Shown here piece by piece: positions 50,903 to 60,753 of a stretch of DNA of 64,000 nt. The stretch comes from Acidobacteriota bacterium (GTDB lineage Bacteria > Acidobacteriota > Thermoanaerobaculia > UBA5066 > Gp7-AA6). The notes below the pieces were generated by a model. It worked only from the letters and a program-made list of their open reading frames with translations, made no database searches and was not told the origin of the DNA. The translations under genes and the position numbers were made by a program. Every line of letters starts with the position of its first letter. The first letter of the stretch is position 1. The stretch spans positions 15,125 through 79,124 of the forward strand of contig JBLMXY010000001.1 of NCBI GenBank assembly GCA_050257975.1. The letters are read 5' to 3'.

Positions 50903-53900
50903 TACTGGTGGACCCAAAAGACGAGACGGCTCAGTTCAGGCTGGTCTGCCGACGGCAGATTCATCATTCTCCAGGCCGTCGTCCACGCATCGGGGTCTTC
51001 GTGAAGAGCCGCGTGGACCTCCAGGGGAGAGGTGTCCGGGTTCCAAAGCACGTTGGTCGCACCCGGCTGGATCTGGTCCGCCTCGCCAACCTCTCCGATG
51101 ACGGGCAAGTTGACAGAGTTCCCTCCGTTCGTCTGGACTGGATCGTGCGGGCTCGAAAGAGCGACGAAGTTCGCAACCGAGCCGGGACGCGACAAACGGT
51201 AATCCGGCCGAACGGGTGTTCCGAGGGTGACGAGATTGTCGACCGCGCGACCAAGCCCTAGATTGATCGCCGCGATGGCGACGTTGCCCCCGTGGCTATG
51301 GCCGATGATATTCAGCTTTTCGCCCGGAGCAAACTTGTAGGAGCGTATGAAAGCCGCCAACGATCTTGCGGCCGCCGTACGACCCGCAATGGAATTCTCT
51401 CCCGACCACGAAAAGGTTGCGATCGCCCGGTCGTGGACGCTCGCCGCCACCCGTTCAAAGAATCTGCCGCCCGGCGTAAACGTCTGGCTTCCAGACGCCC
51501 AGGTCCCATGCACCAGGATCGTGAGCCTCCCGTCCGGATCCACGTGCTTGATGGGGTTCCCGAGGGCATAGGCGTACCGATTCCATGACTGCGGGTCGCT
51601 GGCACGACCTCCGACGGAATCCAGGCTCGCGAACCGCCCGAGCGCCGGGTCGTGCAGGCGCGCGTGGTCGTAGTAGCGGCGGTTCTCGGAATCCCGTTCC
51701 ATGGCGCAGAACCGCAGCTTCTGCATCGTGCCCGTGTTGGCAGGCACGCCGTCGCCGTACGGCCAGTATTTCCGGCTTTCGACGACGTTGCCCGCGAGGT
51801 CGGTGACCAGGCGGGGCGTGCCGAGGTGGTCGGAGGCGTAGAACTGCCATCCCGGCGTCCCGGCGAGACTCGAGCTGACGTAACTTGCCACCAGAAGGTT
51901 CCCCAGATACATATTGTCGCGACCGAGGGTCGAACCGAAGTACTCCGTCGAGATCCGGCGCGTCTCGTCCCGATAGGTGTACTGGGGCGTCCCCCCGCCT
52001 GCCACCTTGGCCACCCGCTCCGACGCGCCGCCATACAGGTATCGCCAATCCAATCCGGGAGCCTGATACCGGATCTGCCTCGAGAGGTCGTCGTAGGACA
52101 GCGTCTCCGAGCCCGCAGTGGTCAGGTTGCCCCGGGCGTCGTAGGAGAAGGGCGACGGAAGCCTGTTGTTGGCGCAGGTCGAGGCGCAATAGGTCCTCGA
52201 ACCGGCAGACAGCAGGTTGCCGTAGCGGTCATACCCATAGGTCTCCGATCCGATCCCCGAATAGCTCGCGGAGGTCAGCCGGGAGCGCAGGTCGTAGCCG
52301 AAGGCGTCGGCGCCGATCGCCACGATGTTGCCCGCCCCGTCGTAATGGAAGAGCCCGCTGTCGAAGTTGCCTCCGGCGGCCGTCCCGACCGCGCCGGCCG
52401 TGCGAATCTGCGAGGGCCGGACCGCGACGGAGGAGTCGGGCGTGATCGTCGTGACGACGCCGTTGCCCGCGGTCCAGGACGCCAGGGCGCCCGCGGCGTT
52501 GTAGGTCGCGGAGCGGACGACCGTCTGTCCCGGCGCGGCGATCGACACCACGTGCCCGCGCGAATAGGCGTTTGCCGCCGTGAAGCTTCCCGCCGATCTC
52601 GGATGGCTGTGCGTCTTGACGAGGCCCGTGGAGGTGTACGTCCAGCCCTGCGTCGCGGAATGGCTGGTCGATCCGATGACGACCGAGGTCGTCTGCTGGG
52701 ACAGTCTTCCGGCCGGGTTGGAATAGGTGAACCGCTCGGTCACCGAGGCGGCGGGAGAGAGGATCCGGTTGTAACCCACCCGCTGCGTCAGTCTGCCAGG
52801 CGGGTAGGCTCCCCCCGGGAAGCCGTCCCCGTCGTAGGAGTTGCGCACGTAGAGATTCAGGCCCGCGCCGTCGCACGTCTGGCCGGCGGCGAAGACCCCG
52901 GCGATCTCGCAGAGCGCCCGTCCCGCCGCGTCGTACCGAAAGGAGCGGACGACCGGCGTGGAGCTTCCGAAGCCGTCCACGCGGCCCCGCAGGTTGCCCA
53001 GACTCCCCCAGTTCGAATACGTCGTGCTCCCGGAGACCGCCGTGTAGTCGACCGCTCCCCCTTCGGGGGTCGTTTCGCGCAGCAGATATCCCAGGCCGTC
53101 GTAGGCAAACGTCCGTGCCTGCGCGCCCTGGGCGACCGAGGCGAGCTTGCCGGCCGCGTCGTAGGAGTAGGTCGTCAGGTCGCCGCCCGGCTCGAGCGCC
53201 GTGACGAGGCGCCCGGCCGCGTCGTAACGGTAGGCGCTCGTCGAGGCGGAGCCTCCCGAGCACGAGACACCGTTCCAGCGGCAACCCACGTTTTCGATCG
53301 TCACCGCCTTGCGGGTATCGGAGTAAGGCGTCGCGCCGTCCGTGAAGGAAATCGTCGTCACCGACCCGTCCGGGCCCGCGACCCGCTGAGGCCGGCCGAA
53401 GGGGTCGAACGCCGATTGCGTGACGCCGAGCGCCGGCACGCCGGTTGCGCAATCGCCCGCGGCCGAAGAGCAGGACGTCCATTCCGACACGAAGAACTCG
53501 TGGCCGGCCGGGTCGAAGGCGTGCGTCCGGTACGCGTAGCCCGACGGCATCTGCCGGATCTCGCGGACCAGCCGGCCGAGTCCGTCGTAGAGGAAGCGCT
53601 GCCAGGAGGAATCGTCGGAACCCGTCCGGCTCGCCGTGGTCTGACGGCTGTTGTCGTAGGAGACCGCCGTCGGCGCCTCGACTCCGCCCCCCGGAGGCGT
53701 GATCGAAGTCACCCTTCCGAGGCTGTCGTAGAGAAACGTCGTCGCGAGGCCCGCCGAGTCGTAGGAGGCGGCGATCCAGCCGCTCGCTCCGTCGCGGTCG
53801 GCCCGGGAGGCGTACCAGGTCAGGGGCGTCTTGTCCTTGATCCAACGCCGGGAGGTCAGCAGTCCTCCCGCGTAGCCGCTGTGGCGCCCGAAGGCGTCGT

Positions 53901-56220
53901 CGTTGACGCCGATCACGCCCGCCGCCCAGGAGCTCAGGCCGGCCGGGCAGGGATTGGCGGCCGGCTTCGCTCCGGTGCCGCTGACCACGTTGGCCGTGAC
54001 TTCGTCGGCGACGTTGCCCGCCGCATCGGGGTACCGGCAATCCCCCGAGTAGCGCTTCGTCGGCGCGTCCCAGGTCAGGCTGCCGTTCAGAAACCCGGTC
54101 GTGGGATCGAAGAAGTAGGAGCGGTCGATCGTGTTGCGCCTGCCGGCGAACGTCGAGGGCGCCGGGATGTCGGTGTCCGTCTCGATCCGGCTCGAGAAGA
54201 GGTTCAGCAGGTGGGAGGCGCTCTGCGGGGTCCAGACGGTCGTGATCTCGTTGCGGTCGCCCCCGAGCGTTCCGTCATGGGTCTCGCGGTTGTAGTGCCG
54301 CCCGTTGCCTTCCCAGGTGTTCGCGCCCGAGAGCGAATGGGTCACGGAGTGCTTCAGGCAGCCGGGACAAAGGTCCGCCGCCAGCGGGTCGGCCGCGGTC
54401 ACGTGGCCGTAATAGGTCGTCGTCTGGCGCACGCGCCTCAGCGTGCCGTCGTCGGTCGGGCCCGGCAGGGCGGGTCCGTCCCCGTCATACTGGAAGAGCG
54501 TCCGCGTGACGCGGATCGCGTGCGTGGCGCAGAGCTTGTTCTCCTCGACGCTTCCGCCGCAGAGGGGCGGCGTCAGGAGCGTCCCCGGCGACGGATTGGG
54601 ATCGCTCTCGAAGACCGCGTGGCGGATGTCCGCGCCCAGCCGGTCGCCGGGCACCGGAGGCTCGCCCGGATCGACGACCTGCTTTGCGGCCCAGAAGAGC
54701 GTGGTTTCGGCGCGCCGGTTGCCGTCGGCGTCCGCCGGCAGGAGAGCCACCGTGAGCGTCTGAGCGGCCGTGTTGCCGTTCTCGCCGAAGGGAAACGAAT
54801 ATTGCGTGTAGCTCATCACCGAGTCCGGCAACCCGGGACCCTTGACGGTTCGCTGCAGGACGCCCCGCCGAACCTGCTCGTACTGCCGGCTGTCCGTGTA
54901 AGGAAGGCAGGGGTCGTGGCGCGTAACGTACCGCGGCGGAGAATCCTCCGTCTCGTGCCGATGAGCCCCGGCGCCGCTGTCGGTCAGGATGGCGGAGCGG
55001 CGCACGCCTTGCCCGGGCGGCGGGGGGGAAGAATTGCAGGAATCGGTCGCGGAGAGCAGGGCTCGCCGGCCGTGGTAGAAGTGGTAGCTGCCATAGTCGT
55101 AGAAGATCGTGGCGTCCGTCGGCAGCGTCATCGCCTTGAGCAAGGCTTGCCCGGCCCCCGTCTCGTAGTAGTCGAAGCGGTAGCCTGCCGTGTTGAGCAC
55201 GTCGTCAGGAAGCGCGATGCGCGTCAGCGTCGAGAGGCTCGCCGCGCAGTAGAGGGAGGCCGAACGGGAAGTCAGGACCACCGCGCCGTAGGACAAGTCC
55301 CACTGGGAATACTGGCTCGCTCCGCCGCGGAGAGTCTTGAAACGCAGGGACTGGATTCGCAAGGTGGCGGGGTCCGTCAGAACCTGTCCGATCTGCCGCG
55401 CCGCCTCCCCCGCCCTCTGGATGCTGAACGTCGCCGGGATCCAGGACCGCAGGGCCGTGCCGCCGCACCGCATGGAAGTGGGCAGGGCGCACGTGAACGG
55501 GCAGGGATTCGTGCCGTTGGCGGCGTAAGTCACGGACAGCCGGTTGCCGAAGGGGTCCTGCATCGAGGTGAGGTAGTACCCGTCGCGGGCCCGGCCGAAG
55601 TCGCGCGCGTAGCCCGGGCTGGTGAACGGATCGTCGTCGTAGCCGGTCACGGCCCAGGTGAAGTCGTATCGGTTTCCGTCGCCGTCCCGGAGCGTGTACG
55701 TGAGGTTGGGCGCCGCGCCGTTGCGCACGAGCCTGTACTGGCTGCCGTCGAGCGTCGTGTATTCCGTCGGCCCGCCGTAGAAGTCGATCTGCGCGCCGTC
55801 GGGGCGCATGTAGCAAGGGGGCCGGGCGAAGTTCCCGTTGGGCGGGCTGGTGGGCAACGCGCCGCAGGCGATCTTTCCCGCCGTGAAGGTCCAGCCGACT
55901 CCGAGAGCCGGGTCGCCGATGACCGGGTAGTAGTTCGGGTTGTTCTCGTCGGTCGGGTGGCCCGGCTCGGTCACCGCGGTGTTGTAGGTCAGCGTCGCCT
56001 GGAACGCCAGCTTCGGGCCGATCTGGTAGACCGGGCCGATCGCCACGGGGACCGTGAGCTGGCCGTTGTACAGGTTGATCGAGTCGACCGAAGAATGGTG
56101 GAAATAATTGCGCACGTAGCCCTGCGCCTGCGAGGGATCGTTGTCCGGGCCGGACTGGGCCGCCACCCCCGATGCGAGAACCGCCCCGAACGCCACCGCC
56201 AGGAGAAACCTTGCCCTCAT
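50902..56220 (-). CDS. Rhs/YD-repeat polymorphic toxin with signal peptide and C-terminal alpha/beta-hydrolase (lipase-like) domain
   Basis: AAGGAG RBS; signal peptide; YD..GR repeats; core DHLGTPR, WNRYAY..GNP....DPDG; tip VHGTW, GHSHGG, TLGTP. Confidence 0.92.
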   Translation of the reverse strand: MRARFLLAVAFGAVLASGVAAQSGPDNDPSQAQGYVRNYFHHSSVDSINLYNGQLTVPVAIGPVYQIGPKLAFQATLTYNTAVTEPGHPTDENNPNYYPVIGDPALGVGWTFTAGKIACGALPTSPPNGNFARPPCYMRPDGAQIDFYGGPTEYTTLDGSQYRLVRNGAAPNLTYTLRDGDGNRYDFTWAVTGYDDDPFTSPGYARDFGRARDGYYLTSMQDPFGNRLSVTYAANGTNPCPFTCALPTSMRCGGTALRSWIPATFSIQRAGEAARQIGQVLTDPATLRIQSLRFKTLRGGASQYSQWDLSYGAVVLTSRSASLYCAASLSTLTRIALPDDVLNTAGYRFDYYETGAGQALLKAMTLPTDATIFYDYGSYHFYHGRRALLSATDSCNSSPPPPGQGVRRSAILTDSGAGAHRHETEDSPPRYVTRHDPCLPYTDSRQYEQVRRGVLQRTVKGPGLPDSVMSYTQYSFPFGENGNTAAQTLTVALLPADADGNRRAETTLFWAAKQVVDPGEPPVPGDRLGADIRHAVFESDPNPSPGTLLTPPLCGGSVEENKLCATHAIRVTRTLFQYDGDGPALPGPTDDGTLRRVRQTTTYYGHVTAADPLAADLCPGCLKHSVTHSLSGANTWEGNGRHYNRETHDGTLGGDRNEITTVWTPQSASHLLNLFSSRIETDTDIPAPSTFAGRRNTIDRSYFFDPTTGFLNGSLTWDAPTKRYSGDCRYPDAAGNVADEVTANVVSGTGAKPAANPCPAGLSSWAAGVIGVNDDAFGRHSGYAGGLLTSRRWIKDKTPLTWYASRADRDGASGWIAASYDSAGLATTFLYDSLGRVTSITPPGGGVEAPTAVSYDNSRQTTASRTGSDDSSWQRFLYDGLGRLVREIRQMPSGYAYRTHAFDPAGHEFFVSEWTSCSSAAGDCATGVPALGVTQSAFDPFGRPQRVAGPDGSVTTISFTDGATPYSDTRKAVTIENVGCRWNGVSCSGGSASTSAYRYDAAGRLVTALEPGGDLTTYSYDAAGKLASVAQGAQARTFAYDGLGYLLRETTPEGGAVDYTAVSGSTTYSNWGSLGNLRGRVDGFGSSTPVVRSFRYDAAGRALCEIAGVFAAGQTCDGAGLNLYVRNSYDGDGFPGGAYPPGRLTQRVGYNRILSPAASVTERFTYSNPAGRLSQQTTSVVIGSTSHSATQGWTYTSTGLVKTHSHPRSAGSFTAANAYSRGHVVSIAAPGQTVVRSATYNAAGALASWTAGNGVVTTITPDSSVAVRPSQIRTAGAVGTAAGGNFDSGLFHYDGAGNIVAIGADAFGYDLRSRLTSASYSGIGSETYGYDRYGNLLSAGSRTYCASTCANNRLPSPFSYDARGNLTTAGSETLSYDDLSRQIRYQAPGLDWRYLYGGASERVAKVAGGGTPQYTYRDETRRISTEYFGSTLGRDNMYLGNLLVASYVSSSLAGTPGWQFYASDHLGTPRLVTDLAGNVVESRKYWPYGDGVPANTGTMQKLRFCAMERDSENRRYYDHARLHDPALGRFASLDSVGGRASDPQSWNRYAYALGNPIKHVDPDGRLTILVHGTWASGSQTFTPGGRFFERVAASVHDRAIATFSWSGENSIAGRTAAARSLAAFIRSYKFAPGEKLNIIGHSHGGNVAIAAINLGLGRAVDNLVTLGTPVRPDYRLSRPGSVANFVALSSPHDPVQTNGGNSVNLPVIGEVGEADQIQPGATNVLWNPDTSPLEVHAALHEDPDAWTTAWRMMNLPSADQPELSRLVFWVHQ

Positions 56221-56419
56221 GACGCACTCCTTCTCGAAGGGCCGCGCCGCGGCGGCCCGATTTCGACGGATTTCTGTTGCTTGAGCCGACCGGCGAAGAG
56301 TGGGGAGCCGACGAGAACCCTTCAGCCCGCTCGCCGATGGAACCGAACCTTCGACTACCTAATTGTCGCGAGAGCGAAAGAGCGAGATTCCGCGGCCGGG
56401 AGGGCCGCCCGGCCGGCGG

Positions 56420-56612
56420 CTAGGAGGTTGCTGAAAAAGGGTGTGGGATGGCGTTACGAGCGCCGCGGGGCCAGATGCAAGGAAGCGCGACGATGGCGAT
56501 GCCATGGCATCGTCGAGGAGCGATGACGAGACTTCGGCTGCGGCGGTCGCGGACGACCGGCGGCCGAAAGCTTCGGACACGACGCCCGCATCCATTTTTC
56601 AGCAGCCTGCTA
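56420..56612. mobile_element. MITE-like element, copy 2 (193 bp, inverted relative to copy 1)
   Basis: Ends CTAGGAGGTTGCTGAAAAA / TTTTTCAGCAGCCTGCTA; shares ATGGATGCGGGCGTCGTGTCCGAAGCT and CGCCATCCCACACCCT with copy 1. Confidence 0.85.
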
Positions 56613-58874
56613 CCGGCGAGCCGCCTTTTGCTGCGCGTCCACGACGGCGATGGCCGCCATGTTGACGATGTCGGCGACGTCCTCGCCGCGCTGGAGCACG
56701 TGCACGGGGCTCTTCATGCCGAGCAGAATCGGGCCGATCGCCTCGGCGCCGGCAAGGCGCCAGACGAGCTTGTAGGCGGCGTTGGCCGACTGGAGGTCGG
56801 GAAAGATCAGGACGTTCGGGCTGCGGACCGCCGCCCAGGGGTAGTCGCCGGCCAGCATCTCCGGCATCACCGCCAGATCCGCCTGCATCTCGCCGTCCAC
56901 GGCGAGGTCGGGCCGCGCGGCCTTCAGGATCGCGACCGCGCGCTTGACCTTGAGGGCCTTCTCGTGCGTGTTCGAGCCGAAGTTCGAGAAGGAGATCATC
57001 GCGAGCGAGGGCTCGATGTCGAAGCGCCGCGCCGCCTCCGCCGTCAACTGCGCGATCTCGGCCAGCTGCTCGGCCGTCGGATCGATGTTGACCGTCGTGT
57101 CGGCGAAGAAGAACGTCTTGTCCTTCAGGATGAGGATGTAGAGACCCGACACCCTTCGGACGCCGGGCGCCGTGCCGACGATCTGGAGCGCCGGCCGGAT
57201 CGTGTCGGGATAGGACTGGGTCAGCCCCGAGATCACGCCGTCCGCGTCCCCGGCCTCGAGCATCAGCGGCCCGTAGTAGTTGCGCATGCGCACCAGCCGC
57301 GCGGCCGCCTCCACCGTGACGCCCGACCGCCGCCGCAGCTCGACCAGGCGCGCGGCGTACTCCGAGAGCTTCGGCGAGGTCTCCGTATGGATCAGGTCGA
57401 TCTTGTCCATCGGAAGCTGCAGCTCCAGTGCGAGCTGCTCGACCTTGTGTTCCCGAGCGAGCAGGATCGGCCGGCAGATTCCCTCCTCCGCCAGGATCTT
57501 GGCGGCGCGCAGGATCTTTGGGTCCTCTCCCTCGGGGAAGACGATCCGCTTCGGATCGGCCTTCGCCTTCTGGAAGACGACGGCCATCAGCTCGCGCGAG
57601 CGGGAAAGCATCGCCTCGAGCCGCCGCAGATAGGCTCCCATGTCGCGGATCGGCTTGCGCGCGACCCCCGAGCGCATGGCCGCCTCCGCCACCGCCGGCG
57701 CCACCCACAAAAGGACCCGGTAGTCGAACGGCTTGGGGATCAGGTACTCGCGGCCGAATCGGAAGGTCTGCCCGCCGTAGGCCTTGGAGACCGAGTCGGG
57801 CACGTCCATCTTGGCCAGCGCCGCCAGCGCCTGCGATGCGGCCTTCTTCATCGGCTCGTTGATCTCGGTCGCGGCGACGTCGAGCGCGCCGCGGAAGATG
57901 AACGGAAAGCCCAGGACGTTGTTGACCTGGTTCGGGTAGTCGCTGCGGCCGGTCGCCGTGATGACGTCCGGGCGGGCCGCCCGCGCCTCTTCCGGCGTGA
58001 TCTCGGGCTCCGGGTTGGCGAGCGCGAAGACGATCGGATCCCGCGCCATTTTCTTGAGCATCTCCCCCGAGACGACGCCCTTGGTCGAGAGGCCCACGAA
58101 GACGTCCGCTCCGACGAGGGCGTCCGCGAGCGTGCGCTCGGAAGTCTTCACGGCAAACTGCGCCTTGTAGGCGTTCACGTCTTCCTGGCGCCCCTCATAG
58201 ATCACCCCGGCCCTGTCGACCATCCGGAGGTTCTCTTTCTTGACGCCGTAAGAGAGGTAGAGCTTCGCGCATGCGATCGCGGAGGCGCCCGCTCCCACGA
58301 AGACGACCTTGACGTCCCCGATCTTCTTGCCCGCGATCTCGAGGGCATTGAGCAGCGCCGCGGCCGTGATGATCGCGGTGCCGTGCTGGTCGTCGTGGAA
58401 GACGGGGATCGTCAGGCGCCTCTTCAACTCCTCCTCGATCTCGAAGCATTCGGGCGACTTGACGTCCTCCAGGTTGATCCCGCCGAAGGTCGGCGCGATC
58501 CGGGCGACCGTCTCGATGAAGTCCCTCGGATCGGCCGCGTCCACCTCGATGTCGAAGACGTCGATGTCGGCGAAGCGCTTGAAGAGAACTCCCTTGCCCT
58601 CCATGACGGGCTTGGCCGCGAGCGGCCCGATGTCGCCCAGGCCGAGGACCGCGGTGCCGTTGGAAATGACGGCGACGAGGTTTCCCTTGGCCGTGTATTC
58701 GTAGACCTTCTCGGGGTCCTTCTCGATGGCGAGGCAGGGCTCGGCGACCCCCGGGGTGTAGGCGAGCGAGAGGTCCTCCTGCGTGCGGCAGGGCTTGGTC
58801 GCGACGACCTCGATCTTGCCCTTGCGCCCGCGGGCGTGGTACTCGAGGGCCTCCTCCGGCGTGATCTTCCTCAT
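56610..58874 (-). CDS. maeB: NADP-dependent malic enzyme with PTA-like domain
   Basis: [37 protein letters not shown]. Confidence 0.97.
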   Translation of the reverse strand: MRKITPEEALEYHARGRKGKIEVVATKPCRTQEDLSLAYTPGVAEPCLAIEKDPEKVYEYTAKGNLVAVISNGTAVLGLGDIGPLAAKPVMEGKGVLFKRFADIDVFDIEVDAADPRDFIETVARIAPTFGGINLEDVKSPECFEIEEELKRRLTIPVFHDDQHGTAIITAAALLNALEIAGKKIGDVKVVFVGAGASAIACAKLYLSYGVKKENLRMVDRAGVIYEGRQEDVNAYKAQFAVKTSERTLADALVGADVFVGLSTKGVVSGEMLKKMARDPIVFALANPEPEITPEEARAARPDVITATGRSDYPNQVNNVLGFPFIFRGALDVAATEINEPMKKAASQALAALAKMDVPDSVSKAYGGQTFRFGREYLIPKPFDYRVLLWVAPAVAEAAMRSGVARKPIRDMGAYLRRLEAMLSRSRELMAVVFQKAKADPKRIVFPEGEDPKILRAAKILAEEGICRPILLAREHKVEQLALELQLPMDKIDLIHTETSPKLSEYAARLVELRRRSGVTVEAAARLVRMRNYYGPLMLEAGDADGVISGLTQSYPDTIRPALQIVGTAPGVRRVSGLYILILKDKTFFFADTTVNIDPTAEQLAEIAQLTAEAARRFDIEPSLAMISFSNFGSNTHEKALKVKRAVAILKAARPDLAVDGEMQADLAVMPEMLAGDYPWAAVRSPNVLIFPDLQSANAAYKLVWRLAGAEAIGPILLGMKSPVHVLQRGEDVADIVNMAAIAVVDAQQKAARR

Positions 58875-60604
58875 CGCGGCCTCGCGAGCTGCCCGCGGAC
58901 CTCGCGGATCGCCTCGACGGCCTCCTGGCGCGGGACCGCCCGCGACTTCCGGTCGCGGCGCGTCACGATCTCGATCTTGCCCTCCTTCAGCGCCCGCCCG
59001 CCGACGTTGACGCGGATCGGAAAGCCGAGCAGGTCGGCGTCCTTGAACTTGACGCCGGGACGCTCGTCCCGGTCGTCGTAGAAAACCTCCAGGTCGGCCG
59101 CCAGCAGCGACGCATAGAGCGCGTCCGCCGCCTCGACCGTGCCGGGGTCCGAGGAGTTCAACGACACCAGCTCGATCTCGAAGGGGGCGAGCGCCAGCGG
59201 CCAGATGATGCCGTCCGCGTCGTGGTTCTGCTCGACGGCGGCGGCCATCGTGCGCCCGACCCCGATGCCGTAGCTGCCCATGAAGACGGGCCGCGTCTCC
59301 CCCTTCTCGTCGGTGAACTCGCAATGGAGCGAGTCGGCGTACTTGGTGCCGAGCTTGAAGATGTGCCCGACCTCGATCCCGCGGGCGATCTCGAGGGGCT
59401 TGCCGCAGCGCCGGCATGGATCGCCCGCCCGCGCCTGCGCGAAGTCCGCCCAGAGGGAGACCCGCGCGTCCCGCTCGATCGAGAAGCCCCGCACGTGCCA
59501 GTCGCGCCGCCCCGCGCCGGTCACGGCGTTGACGGCGCCGCGCACCGACTCGTCGGCGACCAGCCGGGCCTTCAACGGATCGAGGTGCTGCGGGCCGACG
59601 TACCCGGCGGGCGCGCCGGTCGCGCGCTCGACCTTCTCCTCGGAGGCGAGCGTCAGCTGCTCGACGCCGAGCGCACGCCGGAGCGCGATCTCGTTTACGT
59701 CGAGATCACCCCGAAGGGCCGCCACGACGGTCCCCTGCTCGGTCTCGTAGACGAGGCACTTGATCATCCGGGAGGCCGTGATGCCGAGGAAGCTCACGAC
59801 GTCGTCGATGCCGCCCTTGCCCGGCGTCTGGACGTCGGAAAGCGAGGTGACCGTCTCGTCCTCCCAGGGCGCCTTTCGGCGGCCCGTCTGCGCCCGTTCG
59901 AGGTTGGCGCCGAAGCCGCAGGCGGCGCAGCGCACCACCGCGTCCTCCCCGGTCTCGGCCAGAACCATGAATTCCTCCGACTGGTTCCCGCCCATGCTGC
60001 CCGACTCGGCCTCGACGACGGTGAAGTCGAGGCCGCAGCGCTCGAAGACCCGGCGGTAGGCGGCGTCCTGAGCCCGGTAGGACTCGTCCAGGCCCTTGGC
60101 GTCCACGTCGAAGGAATAGCCGTCGTACATGAGGAACTCGCGTCCCCGCAGCAGGCCGAAGCGCGGCCGGATCTCGTCGCGGAACTTGGTTCGGATCTGG
60201 TACAGGGTGAAGGGAAGCTGCCGGTAGGAGGTCACCCCGGCGCGCACCATCGTCGCGAAGGCTTCCTCGGCCGTGGGGGCGAGGCAGTACTCTCCCCCCT
60301 TGCGGTCCTTGAGGTGAAAGAGGATCTCCTCGGACGCCCACCGCTCCCAGCGGCCGCTCTCCTCCCAGAGCTCCCGGGGCTGAAGGATCGGGATCTCGAC
60401 TTCGTGAAATCCCGCGCGGTTCATCTCCTCCCGCACGATCGACTCCGTCTTGCGGTTGGCGCGCAGGCCCAGCGGCGTCAACGCGTGGACGCCGGCGGCC
60501 ACCCGTCGGATCATCCCGGCCCGCGTCAGGAGAATGTGGGAGATGGCCTCCGCGTCGCCCGGATCCTCGCGGACCGTCTGCAGGAAGTACTTGGACCAGC
60601 GCAT
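58871..60604 (-). CDS. proS: Proline--tRNA ligase (bacterial type with editing domain)
   Basis: [43 protein letters not shown]. Confidence 0.97.
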   Translation of the reverse strand: MRWSKYFLQTVREDPGDAEAISHILLTRAGMIRRVAAGVHALTPLGLRANRKTESIVREEMNRAGFHEVEIPILQPRELWEESGRWERWASEEILFHLKDRKGGEYCLAPTAEEAFATMVRAGVTSYRQLPFTLYQIRTKFRDEIRPRFGLLRGREFLMYDGYSFDVDAKGLDESYRAQDAAYRRVFERCGLDFTVVEAESGSMGGNQSEEFMVLAETGEDAVVRCAACGFGANLERAQTGRRKAPWEDETVTSLSDVQTPGKGGIDDVVSFLGITASRMIKCLVYETEQGTVVAALRGDLDVNEIALRRALGVEQLTLASEEKVERATGAPAGYVGPQHLDPLKARLVADESVRGAVNAVTGAGRRDWHVRGFSIERDARVSLWADFAQARAGDPCRRCGKPLEIARGIEVGHIFKLGTKYADSLHCEFTDEKGETRPVFMGSYGIGVGRTMAAAVEQNHDADGIIWPLALAPFEIELVSLNSSDPGTVEAADALYASLLAADLEVFYDDRDERPGVKFKDADLLGFPIRVNVGGRALKEGKIEIVTRRDRKSRAVPRQEAVEAIREVRGQLARPR

Positions 60605-60641
60605 CGGGTGTAGGGAAGATACAACAGAGAGGGAAAGATCT

Positions 60642-60745
60642 GGTCCTTAGTCCTTTGTCCTTAGTCCTTAGTCCTTAGTCCTTAGTCTTTGGTCGGGTCG
60701 CTCAAGCGTGGCGGACAAAGGACCAGGGACTAAGGACTAGGGACT
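60642..60745. repeat. Heptamer tandem-repeat inverted hairpin (AGTCCTT x7 / GGACYAR x4-5)
   Basis: ggtcctt agtcctt tgtcctt agtcctt agtcctt agtcctt agtcttt ... ggacaaa ggaccag ggactaa ggactag ggact. Confidence 0.9.
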
Positions 60746-60753
60746 TGGTCCCG

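Noticed and set aside
56221-56419. Riboswitch in the Rhs leader
   Set aside because: No recognisable aptamer consensus (for example c-di-GMP) by eye; a covariance-model search would be needed
60642-60745. Tandem repeats as a CRISPR array
   Set aside because: 7-nt units with no unique spacers and no cas genes
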